NCBI GenBank assembly: GCA_032718475.1
Contig: JAUCBJ010008798.1
Coordinates: 1 to 64,000, forward strand
Reading direction: 5' to 3'
Length of the DNA: 64,000 bases
DNA from: Nemertoderma westbladi
Taxonomy: Eukaryota; Animalia; Xenacoelomorpha
Part shown: in pieces, positions 1 to 13,503 of the stretch
How positions within the stretch are numbered: position 1 is the first letter of the stretch
Layout: the number at the start of each line of letters is the position of its first letter
Made by a program: the position numbers and the translations under genes
Notes under the pieces: generated by a model
Database searches by the model: none
What the model saw: only the letters and a program-made list of their open reading frames with translations
Told to the model about the DNA's origin: nothing

Positions 1-19
1 AAAAGCAACCCAGTCACCT

Positions 20-780
20 GGTTTTAAGACAAAGTGACTATTGGGATTAATATAAGGGCGACATATGTTTATGTAATGTTGAAATATATTGGCGCAGGCG
101 ATGGAAAAGGTGATCCATGAACCATTTATTGTGTCTTCCAGTTTTATTAAATCGAGTGGTTTCACTGGGTTAACACTTCCATAGGTGCCAACTCTAAAAT
201 TGAATCCAAAGTAATAAGAGACTTTATTGGCATAAAAGCAGGTGAGCTCATTCAATTTCTCGCCGAAAACGAGAACATCCTTGTCAAAAAGTTTAAAGAA
301 ATGAGTCTCCTCTTCCTCGGTTGGAGTTGAGGAGTTCCAGATGAGAAGAAGAATCGAGTTTGCGATATTATGGAAATCAAATAAACGGTCGTCGGAGAAG
401 AAGGATGTTATGAGAGTGGTTAAACCCAGTAAATGATTTGCAATGTCTTGGGTTTTTTTTTAATAAAATCGACTATAGTGGTTGGAATCGTAAACGTCTC
501 GGGTGAAGTAGTTAGATTAAACGTTATTTTGTTCTCCTTTTTTAAAAGTTTGAAACCGTAGTTGGAGGAATGAAGTTTATTATCATCGAGAGTTTGGTAG
601 TGTGTCCATCGTGAAGTTTGTAGCAGGCATGGAAAATAAAGTGAGTGTAGTTTGCCAGAATTAGAACAGGGTGGTTTAAAGTTGTATTTATCATAAATGG
701 AAAGTGTTTGTTCAACGGATCGAAATAGAAGCCAAACGAGTTGTCTAGTAGCGTAAACTGATTCTTGCTACAAACCATCT
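20..780 (-). pseudogene. Highly degenerate reverse-transcriptase-like relic (non-LTR or Penelope-like)
   Basis: Minus-strand translation near 70-125 gives GSPF..IACANIF across a frameshift, resembling the RT (Q/M)GSPLSP..ANIF motif. Frames are broken, so the assignment is weak. Confidence 0.25.
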
Positions 781-1354
781 CATTGTTTGAATAGCTGATT
801 TCTTATTATGCCACCGTGAATAGGTAACTCGGTTTAGGAAATAAATAAATACTTTTAAGAAAAATAACTAAAACTTTTAACAATAAAAATAGACACTAAA
901 AGGGAAAGCAGTGAATAGGGGCTATTATAGAGGGAGATTAGTTTGGATTGCCAATCAGAGAGCAGATGCGAGTAAGCAACCAATGAGGAAGCAGCTTTGA
1001 TGACATCAAACGAGGCGAGTTGTAGTTTGCCTAATGTTATCAATGGTAGCCAATAAGGCGCCAAAGATGATGTCATCGAAAGAGGGCCACAATAGAGTAA
1101 TTAGTTAATAGTACCCTAGGGCGAGATACGAGGACGAGTTGAAACTTGCGCAATGAATTAAGCAGTAGCCGGGGTGGTGCCATCAATGACGTCATTCGGT
1201 AAGTAATAAATTCAACTATTTATTGGTAATTCAAAAAATAGAAATCAAATTATAAATTAAATAAGAAATACAATTAAATAAAGTAAAAATAATACAATTA
1301 ATTAATTTAAAATTACATACAAATAAATAAATATACTGAAAAATAAAAGGGAAG

Positions 1355-1625
1355 ATGTGTCACTAATGACACCCCTTGGGCGGCTTTGCTACAGTTAGAC
1401 ATCACTGATAACCATTGTATGTCAGGTCGCTAATTGGTCTGATTAATTAGGATAACCAATTAAACCCTAATTAGGAGTTATTAGACACCTATTAGGCTTT
1501 AATTGTACTAATTAATTGATGACACCTGTCAATTAGGGTCTAATTAGCCTAATTAGGTGTCACGCAGACACTGGCGCCAATGACACCCAATGGGTGTCAG
1601 TTAGGTCTAACTGTCATAAAGCCGG
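1355..1625. repeat. Palindrome-rich MITE-like repeat
   Basis: Repeated TGACACC / GGTGTCA and TAATTAG motifs in both orientations, e.g. TGACACCCAATGGGTGTCA near 1581. Confidence 0.4.
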
Positions 1626-2453
1626 CCAATACTATACTACTCAAGAGTTTAGATAATATATATATTATTTTAACTGCTTTTAATTAATATCTGCCATAGG
1701 AAGGAGTGTCAGTTATGTGGAGTACTTTTAGCATCTCTGATGGGCATTGTATTTCAAATACGATTTGAATTACTGTAAAATAATGTTCTCATAATGTTAA
1801 GAAATAATTTTATATTGTAAAGAGTAGTTAGTGATTAATGCAGTTGCAGTTAGAAATTATTTTATATTTATTTATTTGTAGTGAGTCAATATAAAGTAGT
1901 TAGATGAATTTGAATAAAGATTGAGTAAAAACACATAAAAATAAGAACGATTAATCAATAATAATTCAATATTTTATTGTGTCGCTGCATAGATGACGTC
2001 TCAGCTGAGTGGGATAATTTGTGTTAATAGAGTGAGGTAAATGATATGCTGCCCTTGTGTGATTCCTTGTTGGTTGGTTTTTAATGGCTTTGTCACTTGG
2101 TCCTGCTATTGTAGGAATTCATTTTTATGTTACAGTATTTTCTACTTTTATAAATTAGAGTTTTTTGACTCGCAATTCTGCTGTGCATGGTTTATTATCC
2201 CTTCTTATTGCATGTTGACTTCATCCTTGTTATGTTATCTGTTGTTTTCATTTAAAATAAATAACAGCTATTATGTTAAGTATACAATTTTAAATAATTT
2301 TTAAAACTTTGTTGTATTTTTAATATTGTAATGTTAAAAAAAACCTTGAATTCATTAATTAACTCTAGACGACTTCATCATTGGATCTTGAGAACCAAAA
2401 TTAGGGTTATGATGAATTTTTTAATGTTAACTGATTAATTACAATTCTTTCAG

Positions 2454-2938
2454 GTTTTCAATGGGACCCCAGTGGTGATTATCTGCCTCCACAAACTCAT
2501 TCACCGGATTTGGACGAAGAATCTCTACCGCCCGAATCCAAACTCTTTGGTATTCCAGACAGCCCACTCTCTGGGACAGACGCTTCTTTCGTAAACTCGC
2601 CATCCCGTGGGGGACACCCCCGTCGACTGGGGTCTACTGACTCAGAACCAGATGAGAGGGAGTCACTGCGACTTTTAGATAAACTCTCAAACAACCTGTA
2701 CCGGGTCCCCTTACCTTCCACCTCCGAGCTCTACAGTCTGGGACAGTCTCTAGACACTATCTACTCAGATGGAGCACTCAGTGGCGTTGCCCCAGACTCA
2801 TCAGTACCATTGTTGCCTAGCTACTATCAGGGGTTGCCAGACGACATACTCACTGATGACGTCATGGCTGATGATGAAGATGACAATAATTATATATTTG
2901 ACAGTAATTATAGTTTAAACCAACATACTGTTGTATAA
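2454..2938 (+). CDS. Terminal coding exon of a probable Fat-like (FAT1/3-type) cadherin cytoplasmic tail
   Basis: Acceptor ttctttcag at 2445-2453, phase 1. Reads GFQWDPSGDYLP...NQHTVV*. From memory this resembles the FAT1 last-exon start GYHWDTSDWMP and the C-terminal PDZ-binding QQHTEV. The sequence is acidic and Pro/Ser-rich. Upstream exons are not identified in the window. Confidence 0.55.
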
Positions 2939-3007
2939 CAACATATTATTATCATTTGTATGTTGCAATCTCTATTACGACAACTGACACAATGTTATTA
3001 ACATTAA

Positions 3008-4352
3008 GGGGGGGGGGGGGGGGGGGGGCTTTTTGAAGACACCTCCAGTTTTTATAGGATTAAAAGAGTTTTCTATTTGCATTTAAATTGTATTAATTTG
3101 TAGGTCGTCTTTTCCGATGTCAGTTCAGCATTCATCTTAGCTAAAAGTTTTGTTATGGGGGTTTTCATGGTCGCTGATGTCATTCCAAACGTCAGTTTTC
3201 ACTTTAACGAAAACTATTATGTCTTTATGTCTGTCTGTCAGTCTGTCTGTCCGTCCGACAATCTGTCTGTCAAAAATATAAGGACATCATGCTATCAAGC
3301 TAAAACCTTTTATTTGTGGTTTTCCTTGTCGCTGATTTCAATTCCAATGTCAGTTTTCATATTTAGAGAAGTATATTATGTCTGTCGGTCTGTCTGTATG
3401 CACGTCTGTCTGTCAAAATTTAGGAAAGCATTCCACCAAGCTAAAAGTTCTGTTATGGGGGTTATCCTGTCTGCTGATTTCATTTCCGACGTCAGTTTTC
3501 ACTTTTAATCAAATCTTCTATGTCTGTCTGTCGGTTTTTCTGTCTGTCTCTCTGTTTTTCTGTCTGTCCAGCGATCTGTCTTTCAAAGTAATTGGAAAGC
3601 ATACCAACTAGCTAAACATTTTGTTATGGTGATTTCAATGGTTGGTGATTTCATTTCCGATGTCAGTTTTCACGTATTAAGTCATCAACATTGTCTGTTT
3701 GTCTATTAAGCTGTCGATCATATTTTTATGGACAGACCGACATCAATTCAGACATACATGAGCCGGAAAACCCTTGCAATGAAATTTTCAGCTGTGTTGT
3801 GTGCATTCTAACATTTTAATTAATTAAATTACCCTAATGATAAACTTTAAATGCGTTTTCTGAAGAATGCAAATTTTAAATTTCTAAATGCAAAGGCTTT
3901 TCCAAAAATGCACGAATTCTTGTAAAATTAGGCATTATACCACTTTTTAAATTTTCTTTGTTATAGCTGAAATATTTAATAAAATGAGTCAATTTTTACC
4001 AAAAATGGCTAAATCTGTCAAAAAACCAGCAAAAAGTCAGTTTTTTTTAAATAATTTTTGAACAGAAGCATTTATCAAAATTTGGTAATAGGATCGATTC
4101 CCGATATCATTGTGCACAAATGATGAAATTTTTTGCACTTGATGAGCATCCCTCTAAAAGCCTTTGCATTTTAAAAAATAATTGCTTAAATTATGTTAAA
4201 TAAGTAAAAAATTAAAAATTTCGATTAAATGTTTTTTCCACATATTGTATACAAGTTTGCAAAAAAAATAATTTGGACAAAATCCAGTCTCCAGGTGGGA
4301 TGACAACTTGTAGTTAATTAAGTGAACCCCCCCCCCCCCCCCCCCCCCCCCT
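3008..4352. mobile_element. Non-autonomous DNA-transposon-like element with poly-G / poly-C ends and internal ~170-bp tandem units
   Basis: ttaa-G(n) at the left end, C(n)-taa at the right. The unit gctaaaagttttgttatggg...gatttcatttccgacgtcagttttcac plus (tgtc)n recurs about 4 times at 3105-3670. Confidence 0.45.
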
Positions 4353-4911
4353 AAGGAAAATGAACAGGTTTCAGTGGCAAGCTGTTGTGTAAGAACTATT
4401 CAGTTAATTTGTTTTTATTTTGGCAGTATTCATTGCAACCAGGTCTACCTGATTTCAACTTATGCTTGACGATATATGTATGTAGTCTAAATAATTATTG
4501 ATGGTGCAGTTCTCATTGATTGTAGGTCTAATTGGTATTTACCAATATTTTGTATGAATTTACAATTTTATTTATAATTATAAATTAGGATATCATGTTC
4601 CTCTTAGAGGATCCGCATATCTCAGTAAATAATTAAATATCCCATTGATATTAATTGATTGATCATGGTATTGGCAACATATACTTAACCCAATATATTT
4701 ATTTGTAAACTTTTTCCCAGAATGGCACTATATTATTCATTATTCGTTTGATTTATATTTATTTATTACAGTTTGTGTATATTTTTCTAGTTTGTAAATT
4801 TTTACCTGTCCGAACATCAATGAATGCGGCAACATGCAACATGTATACTCTTTTATAATTTGTGATACATGTAGATAATATAGATTTTTCCATCATGTAA
4901 TCAATAATTGT

Positions 4912-6700
4912 CTAACACGCGTTATTTACGATACATATCTCCTTAATCTCGTCAACAAATTTAATAATTTCTGTACTAATCACAGGTTTACGATTAACTA
5001 GCTTCTGATATAGATATTGGGCTATCGAAGCTTCCTCTCTGTATCTATTGTGTAATATCTTCCGTAGTTCCTCTAATCCATGATGTTGTCCAATATATCT
5101 GTTCAAAGCGCATTTGACAAAAAATACGTTTTTATCCCCTATCTTGTATATTTTCACTCTCTCTCTGACCGTTTTTGTAAAGTAAGTAAGAACGCAAGTA
5201 AGAAACCCAGTCTGATATACGTAAATGGTAATGGCGCTAGTGTACCTTCGGAAGAAGGCCGCTCAAGTGAATCTTTTATATTCCCTAATCCCCAAAACTG
5301 TCTCGATTTGCTCAATAATTCGCTCAGTTTAAGATGGTAATTGATCATCTCTAATATAAACATTACCGCGAGGGTGTCGGCACAATAAAATAAGTAAATG
5401 TCTAACTAATTATTTACGTAAGGGCTCAAGTCTGGAAATGTATTTCCCTTTAGGGGAAATGTATTTTTACTATGTTTAGCTGTGTATATGTAACGACGCT
5501 AGAATCGTCCCCAGAATCTTGCTGATTCTACTACTACTACTAGGTCGAGCGAACTCGGACAGTGGAAATGAGATCCTTCCAGGCTTCCCGATTCTCCATA
5601 GTTGTCGCAATTTCGTTTCTCCCAAGTTCAGTATCCCTTTCAAGTTGATCTATATATGTTATGGCCGGTCGTCCACGACTACGCTTTCCATGAGTTGGTT
5701 GCCAGAGAAGTAGATCTGGTATGACCTCGTCTTTAATGGGTGATCATTGGGTGAATGGGCGAATGGGTGAATTGCTGATCATATCAGTTCATAAGCAAGA
5801 TTAAAAATATATAGGGCTTTAAACTTAACCAAACAAAATAAGTAAACTAAGACCGCAAAGAGCACTTTTGCGTTAACAATATCTCTGAGCTAATTCTTTT
5901 GGATAACTTTCCAAACAATCTGTTAAGAAACATAGTTTATCAGTATTGGGTAGTGGTGAACTGAATATACTGTCTTTCACATATTCTCGAAATGGTAACC
6001 ATTTTAATTCATCACAATTAAATTTAATAATTTCACCTACTTTAACAGCCTGGCGCGCCTCAGTACGCGCTAATTGGCGTGTGAAGCTGTCCTGAGCTAT
6101 TCTTCTATTAAACATAGTATTAAAGGTAGAATTATCACATTAGACTGTGGTGGCCTATACATGTTATTAATATTTGTTGGGTTATTTGGCATACCCATGT
6201 TGTTCTCTGGGGTCTAGTATTTTGTGAGGCAGAGACATATTTTCGGCTTCTACGCCGTTTATATTTGAAGCTCTCCTCAATATTTGATACTCAGGAGAGT
6301 CTGGGTTCCTGAGTAAATGGGTGTTATTTGAGGCTAAAACGTCTTGAGAACTAGCCAGTTTCTGATGCAGATCCTCTAGAACCTTAGCTACCTGTATGGA
6401 TTCGCCCTGCAACTGCTGCAAATGTTGTTGTTGTTGCCTCAAATGTTGGCATTGCACTGCTCCTGCTTACACGTTTCTAGCGGCCTCATCGTGGAACTCT
6501 TGTAAGTGCTGTTGCAGTTGCTGACGTTGCTGTTGCTGCTTCTCCAATTCGCGCTGATTTTGCTCACTCACTGCCTCTCGTTGTTTATTTAATCGGTTTA
6601 ATTCAAAATCGACATCACATAATTGGCCCATTTTATTATTTACTGCCTCTTGCATGGCCTGTAGATTTAATGTGGATTCCTTCCCGGCAAAGGAACTCTT
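4912..6700 (-). pseudogene. Degenerate BEL/Pao gag relic, interrupted by a solo LTR
   Basis: AQDSFTRQLARTEARQAVKVGEIIKFN (5873-6115) and RYIGQHHGL...IAQYLYQKLV...IIKFVDEIKEIC (4912-5100) align by eye with the Gag at 21977-25240 (AQESFTRQMARTKARQAVKVGEIVKFN...IAKYLYAKLV...IIEFSDEIQEIC). Gln-rich coiled-coil fragments lie upstream. Confidence 0.85.
5100..5878. mobile_element. Solo LTR (779 bp)
   Basis: TGTT...AACA termini with a perfect 5-bp target duplication ATATC (5095-5099, 5879-5883). Removing it rejoins the gag reading ELAQRY-IGQ. Confidence 0.85.
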
Positions 6701-9106
6701 CCCTCCACAGGCCTGCGTCTCCCACCGACACCCTGGGTGGGAGTCGGTGATGGGGGACAGATTTGAGCCCAGGGTGTAATTGTCTGTTTGACACTTATTT
6801 ACGACCGCTTTAAAGAATAACTTTCCATCAGAGTGTATATAATTTTTAATATATTAATAATCCTGAATTACGTGGCTTTCTAATTAGATATAAATCATAA
6901 AATTTGATTTAAAACAACTCCAGTTATTAACCGATATGTATCGGCCTTCCCGGTCCCGTACGGCTCTAGGTGAAGGCACCGCGACCTTTTTCTGTTTGCG
7001 ATGCCATATTATATCCAATCACTTTAACGAGTAACTTCCCATGCTTCCCAATAAAGATTTTTTTATATATTAAAATCCTGAATTACGTGACTTTCAAATG
7101 AACTATTAATCATAAAATTCCCTTTATTAGAACGCAAGTTACTAAATGTTTTTATTCATAACAATAAGAATATTGCTCATCGAATCGATTTATTATTTTA
7201 ATAAATATTAACCAGCCAATGAGAGCTCTCGGATCCCAGTTCCAGTGATTCTCTATGAAAAAGGTGTACTGCATTGTAGTATAGGCAGTTTATTCGGTTA
7301 CATCGCGTTTCGGCAACAGTCGCGATTTGGCAAGAAAGTTGCGTGTTGGCAAAAAAGATGTATTTTAGCAAAAAAAGTCGCGATTCGGCAAAAAAGTCGC
7401 GATTCGGCAAAAAGGTGCGATTCGGCAAAAAGTCGCGATTCGGCAAAAAGGTGCGATTCGGCAAAAAAGTTGCGTTTCGGCAAAAAAGTTGCGTTTCTGC
7501 CAAAGATAAAAATAAATTCCTAGATGTGTTAGATCCGGGTTGAATTCAATAATTAAAATTGGAGTGGTCTTTATGACAATTATATGCTAGGTATTAATAA
7601 GCACACAGTACTAATATTATTTTATTTATTTGTGTGGAATTAATTTCGCACAACCAAATCGCCAGGGCGACATATTTTCCAACTTTATATCGCAGTGCGA
7701 TATTATTTCTCAGTATGTTCCTACGCCATACATTTTACTATGTATGTCCAGTATATCCAGTATGTCACCGCGCCATTATTAGATTGTTCTGGAAAGTTTA
7801 ACTGCATAACTACTAATAATTTCCCGCAAATAAATATAATTATATAGATTCGCCATTATTCATAATTATTATAACTTAGACCTGGAAATACTATCAGATA
7901 CCTTGTATGTCCGCAATTTACCTCCTCATGGCCTCCCATCTGTCAATACCACCATCTGCTACCACTGGGCTCAACCCTACTGTAGGCCTACTTGGCCGTC
8001 TTTAACCACTTCTAAACACAACCGCAAATGAAAGGGTTGTGCATTAACCATGAACTTAACCATGAGCCACAAGGATTAATTATACACTCCAACTAGTAAT
8101 ACAGTTTATGTATTAATATTATTTTTATATTTCTATAGCGCCAAATTTACATGAAAACACGGTTCTGAAATTTCAAGTTTCGATTTAAAAAGTTCAAAGC
8201 TGTCACCCTATTCTTTCCGGTAATTCGTTCCTAAAACTACAATGAAAACATCACAGATGGCTAAATCAAATTTATGGGGTGAGTCAAAATTGCGAGCCAT
8301 CAGCGAACTGTTATAATTGTACTGTAGCCGTTTTCTAAAACAGTGTGTGTGTATGAAGCCATAATTGTCGGAAGCCAAAGATATAACTAGCCATAGTAAA
8401 ATTATAATAGTTCGCTAAGATGGCTTGCAGCTTGTGCTGCACAAAGGCCCCAATTGTGTTACTGTTATTTGCAATTAAGGTAAATATATCAGTACAAACT
8501 AAACTTCATGTTGACACCACCGGCCGGTTACGTCGCGTTTCGGCAACTGTCACGTTTAGGCAACTCAAATTCGCGTTTCGGCAACTGAACAATTACGTTT
8601 TACCAACTGCTAGTTGTGTTTCGGCAACTCGTAGTTGCATTTCGGCAACTCATAGTTGTATTTTGGCGAACTGAAGTCGCGTTTCGGCAACTAGGTCACA
8701 AACCCGCCTATGTAATGTAACTGTGACGGCATTCATTATGTAAGTAAATGATAAATGATGACAAGTTTAAAAGTTACTTATAGTTATTGACGGCAGAGTT
8801 GTTAATTGGTCATTTATATGTGTACATTGCCGGTTTGCACATATGGCAGTGATAAAATATGATTTTGTGGTCTGATTGATAAATGTGGATTTTTTTCCAC
8901 CCGTGACGTTGCGTTCGTGACGCTGGACAGCTGCTACTCTAACCTAAAATTATAACTAATTATTGTACAGTAGGCCTACGCTCTCCATTTTGGTCTCAAA
9001 GTGATCCTGAGATATGTCGGATTCTAAATAAAAGAACTCTATCTACTGAGTCGAACGCGAGTTGATAAAACATAATTGAAAAGGGGAATTGATAAACAGT
9101 ACTGTA

Positions 9107-10494
9107 CGAACAACAAGAGTCCCACAAGAAATGAAAACAAATAAGTTGGTGCCAGTTCCCAAGAAGGGCAACCTAACACTCTATGGTTCTTTTCGGGGAA
9201 TCTCATTGATCTCGATTGCTGCAAAGCTATACAATAGAATTATATTAAATCGCATCAGAGATCCCATTGAGAGACTGCTCCGTGGAAATCAGAATGGGTT
9301 CCGTAAAGGTCGTGGGACCATGGAGCCCATTTTGGCACTTATAAGGATAATTGAAGAGTTATCAAAAAAGAAAGACAGGCATCTGGCTGTTATCTTTGTT
9401 GACTTCTTCAAGGCCTTTGATTCAGTCTCTCGATCACGTATGTTCAGCATACTTTCATTATATGGGATTCCTGATGAAATTATTGCAGCAATCAGATCAG
9501 TATACGATGGTTCGACAACATTTGTGTCTACTGTTGACGGTGACACAGAAGCATTTGAAGTGTTATGGGGCGTCCTCCAGGGAGACACACTTGCACCATT
9601 CTTGTTCATAATTGTTGTTGACTATGTTCTACGCATGTCCTTAGATCATCACAATGATGATGGGGTGATGATAACTCCACCTACTGGCCCCAGAAGTCGA
9701 GGAAATCCTGCAAGTACCTAACTGATCTAGACTTTGCTGATGACTTAGGAGTACTCTCAGAATCACTAGAGGGAGCCCAACGGCTCCTCAGCTCATTAGA
9801 ACATGCCGCTTCTAGTGTTGGTCTTGTTATTAACTCCAGAAAGACCAAAATTTTGACAGTTAACTGTGAAAGTCCTCAGCAAGTCTCTGATCGGATGAGC
9901 ATAAGCTCAAAAGATGGTATGCTTGAGCATGTGGATGACTTCTGTTACCTGGGATCATGGATCCGGAAGTCAGGTGAGGACCTTCGAATACGTAAGGGAA
10001 AGGCATGGGCAGCCTTGAATAGGCTTTCCAGGATTTGGAAGTCACCAAGAATTAATCGGAAACTTAAGGTCCGATTATTTAGAGCAGCAGTAGTTCCAGT
10101 ACTCCTCTATGGGAGTCCATGCTGGGCTCTAACTGCTGAGGACACCAAATCTCTGGATGGCACATTCACAAGAATGCTAGGCCGGGTTCATTGTATCAAG
10201 TACAATGCACACATCTCCAACCAGACACTATATAACATTGGAGGTGTCTCATTGGTTCCCCGAAGCTTGACACTAGAACAAAATCGCCTCTGCTTTGCAC
10301 ATTGCTTTCGCCGTGAGGACCAGGCAGTGCATAATCTTGTACTTTGGCAGCCTCATGGAGTGAATAAGCATGGTGGACAGCCCATGACTTTTTTGAGACG
10401 CATCTTAAAGGACACTGGCCTTGAAGATGCGGATGATCTAGCAAATGTCATGGGTGATAGGGAGTTGTGGCGGTGCAATTTTGTCGATAAGCCG
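9107..10494 (+). mobile_element. 5'-truncated RTE-type LINE, RT region (frameshifted pseudo-ORF); 3' tail displaced to 28626-28677
   Basis: Non-LTR RT motifs FRGISL, QNGFRKGRGT, VDFFKAFDSV, GVLQGDTLAPFLF, LDFADDL, FCYLGS, VLLYG. Frameshift near 9715. Candidate TSD AGTACTGTA at 9098-9106 and 28678-28686. Confidence 0.92.
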
Positions 10495-11687
10495 TGTTCG
10501 CGCTTTCAGACCTTTAGCAGTTTAACCTGCCAAATTTAGATGTCTTCTAGATTATAAATCGACTTTAGCCTATGACGAGTATTTGTTACACTACATTAGC
10601 CGAAGCCAGTCTATGCGCGACCATTCACCCGCTGGATATACCCGGGAGACTGGATTCGGAAGCCTGACCTTATTGCGATGTAGGCCTACTGTATTATTCG
10701 ACTGATCGTTATATATAATCTCTGACAAATATTACTCACTTTCGGGAAATATTAACAGTTCCTTTAGGACGTGGCGCTCTAAATATGTAAACAGAGTTAT
10801 GACTTACACTAGACACAACGGGATGGTTATGGATTCACGTATATAGCGCATTCTTTAGGAGATGCTTTGTTATCAATCACAATCATGCACACTACTGCAC
10901 AATGCTGCACACCGATCTGCCGACCTTCACTAATTTAGTCACATATAAAGAGAACAACGACCGATACATGTAGTGCCTATGAAATAGCATTAGATTCACT
11001 TCAAAACCACTTTAATGTAAGTCGCAATCGTTATATGTATCCGGTCTCTCTTACCTTCAGTATATCAAGAAGATTTAGGGTTTTATGATTAATTTATCGA
11101 TATTATCCAATATAATAATATTCCATCAACTGATATAATTAATGACCGACAGTAAATAGCAGTAAAAATGCGGTGTTTGTAGATATGATATAGTATGTGG
11201 TGTGATTTGAATTGGTATGGTATGTGTGGTTTGATAACAGATATACGTTTGATGATCAAGCCTACTAATGTTGGACTAAAGCCTGAAAACACAGAGGTTC
11301 CAAAGCCGGTCTTCTGGCATCAGGAAAAAAGGTAAACATTGACCCATAATGCATTGCGCGATTTCCCGGAGGTTTCTGTACAAATAACAGGAGAATCACT
11401 CTGATTGGTTGACCGAACAAAGAAACGACAGAGAACAAGGGAAAAGCTACACGTGTACAGATCAGCTGTTAGCTGTCGTCATAGTAACTACACTGTTTCA
11501 AGAGGATTTTAGCGTATTGCGACATAGAATTGCTAGTTATGTCCGCTAAAGTACACATACAGAAGAAATGGCTTTTTATGTCCACTAAAACACCAGTACA
11601 GTAAGGAAACGGCTTTGATGTCCGTTAAAACACCTACAGAGTACTTTGCGGGGAAAATAACCGGCTAATTCCGCAAAAGCTTTTACA
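10495..11687 (-). repeat. 3' LTR of the BEL element
   Basis: tgttcgcgctttc...gcttttaca, near-identical to 27429-28620. Confidence 0.97.
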
Positions 11688-11696
11688 CCGCTCCCA
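11688..11696 (-). other. Polypurine-tract-like site
   Basis: Minus strand reads TGGGAGCGG directly before the 3' LTR start TGTAAAAG. It is short and imperfect. Confidence 0.5.
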
Positions 11697-11765
11697 GAAA
11701 ATGGGATTTAAGTCTATAAAATATAAAAAATCACAGTTTCTAAAATATAAAAATACTCTAAACAG

Positions 11766-13503
11766 TTAGTCTTTCTTACGCTGACGGCGTTTACGCAGTT
11801 TTTTGAGGCTAGCAAGAGTCCTTTTCTCTTTGGGGCGAGCCACTTTACTAGGAGGGCTATAACTCCTGGGTGAAGGGTGCAATACAATTGCATCAGAAGG
11901 TTTAGGATTACGATCGGTATATCCGCCGGTCGAGGTACCTGGTTGATCGATATCAACTTCAGTGGAGCGAGGTCTAACTGCCTTTAGGGCGCGTCTTAGG
12001 ACAGCAGCTCCTACTGGTCCTTGACAGGTCGTCTGGACAATAGCGGTAGGTGGACCGTGAGTGGTGAGAAACTTCCTCGGTTTAATGGTTTTTTCCAGCT
12101 CGCGTTCTCGGGCTCGATATTCGTATTGCCGTCGAGATACTTCCTGTAACTCAGGGTGCGAGTTGATAAATAAATCGCCATACTCAGGGTCTTGACGGAT
12201 GAAATTGATCAAATGGTATGAAGTAATATCATTAGGATTGACGTTCCTGAGATATTTTCGAACAAATTTGGTGGAAATACACTCACCAACACGCTTCATT
12301 AGCTCGTAACTCGGTGTGCGTGTTTTTTGTTCAACAGATGCGAATAGATAAGGATGGAACGCGTAAACTCCCTCGTAGGCGCGTCCAGGGTAATAGCGAT
12401 AGCGGGACTCACAATGTAAATCCGCGTTCGCTTCCCAAGCTCGGATGTAGCGCAGGGTAATCATCTCATCTACGCTTTCTAAATCGCGGTTAAAAGGGCA
12501 ATTAAAACTGGCATGTCCTTTAAGTTGACAGTGATGGCATTGAGTCATAAATTGGGGGCAGACTGCAAAAATGTGCGAGTTATTAAGTCTGCAATACGCA
12601 CAATAGATCTCCATCATCGGTTGTTCGTGGAAATAGGAGCAGGGTACGTCTGAGTCCATAGGGGTGAAATGATCTCTCGATGCGCATAATCGGCAACGTT
12701 TTCGAGAAACATAGTTGGCGTGTCGATAATCGTATGCGGTGAGACATTGTGGACCTTGATACCATTCCAATACGTAGTCGTTATTGCTGCTCCGGGGCGC
12801 TGTAGGCTGAATCTCGTCAGATTCTAAGCATATTGGTTCGTCTTCCAATTGCATAGCTGATATAGGTGCGGCTGTCTCCGCAAGCGAACCCACTGTCTGA
12901 ACTTCCACGACAGAATAACCCGTGGGTATTCGAGGTCTTTGTATAACAGATGAATGTAAGTTCTGTATACAAACGTCCTTGAAAAGAGCAAATCCCGCGC
13001 TGTTTAACTTCTCCGCAGCTGAGTCTCTTAGGCTGAGTTTGGTGTCAGAGCGCGGTCCTTGAACTGACTATCAACGTTACAGAACGGAGTCAGAAAGCGC
13101 CGGAAACATTCAAAGCGGATGTATTTATTGTGTTCATCTAGCTTGGCGAGTTTGGTTCCAAGTATTAAGGGATGGGTGCGTATGGTACGACTGCACACAT
13201 CGGCTAGCCAACCGGCAAGTGCGGCGTTTTCAAAGATCGTGTATATAGCTAAGGAGGGACGAAGTGGAACACTCATAAAGCTATACACGGCTCCAGGTGC
13301 GGTCAATGGTCCGTCAAAGTATAAACGAGAATAATGATCTCCATATACTTGTTGGTAATTGATAGGATTTCCAACCTTGAAATTCCATCCGTATTCTTGA
13401 AAGGCAAGATGTCCGATGGAGGTTCGTTGTACTTTAGTAATGCCGCTGGGTGTATTGGCATACATAGTGCGGAAAAAACCTCGGCCTTCTGCCCAGGGAA
13501 CAA
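11766..13503 (-). CDS. Accessory ORF (intact 380-aa 3' part plus frameshifted upstream pieces): triple Cys/His zinc-knuckle protein with basic C-terminus
   Basis: CRLC-x4-H, CAYC-x5-H-x4-C and CHHC-x4-H-x4-C motifs, ending in KKLRKRRQRKKD. The frame stays open about 50 codons upstream of 12908 and overlaps ORF 13028-13465, suggesting one longer ancestral ORF. Confidence 0.6.

Noticed and set aside
3155-3611. ORFs rich in Val/Cys/Ser
   Set aside because: Derived from (tgtc)n-containing tandem repeats.
7198-7543. Four overlapping repetitive ORFs
   Set aside because: Artefacts of the 21-bp subterminal array.
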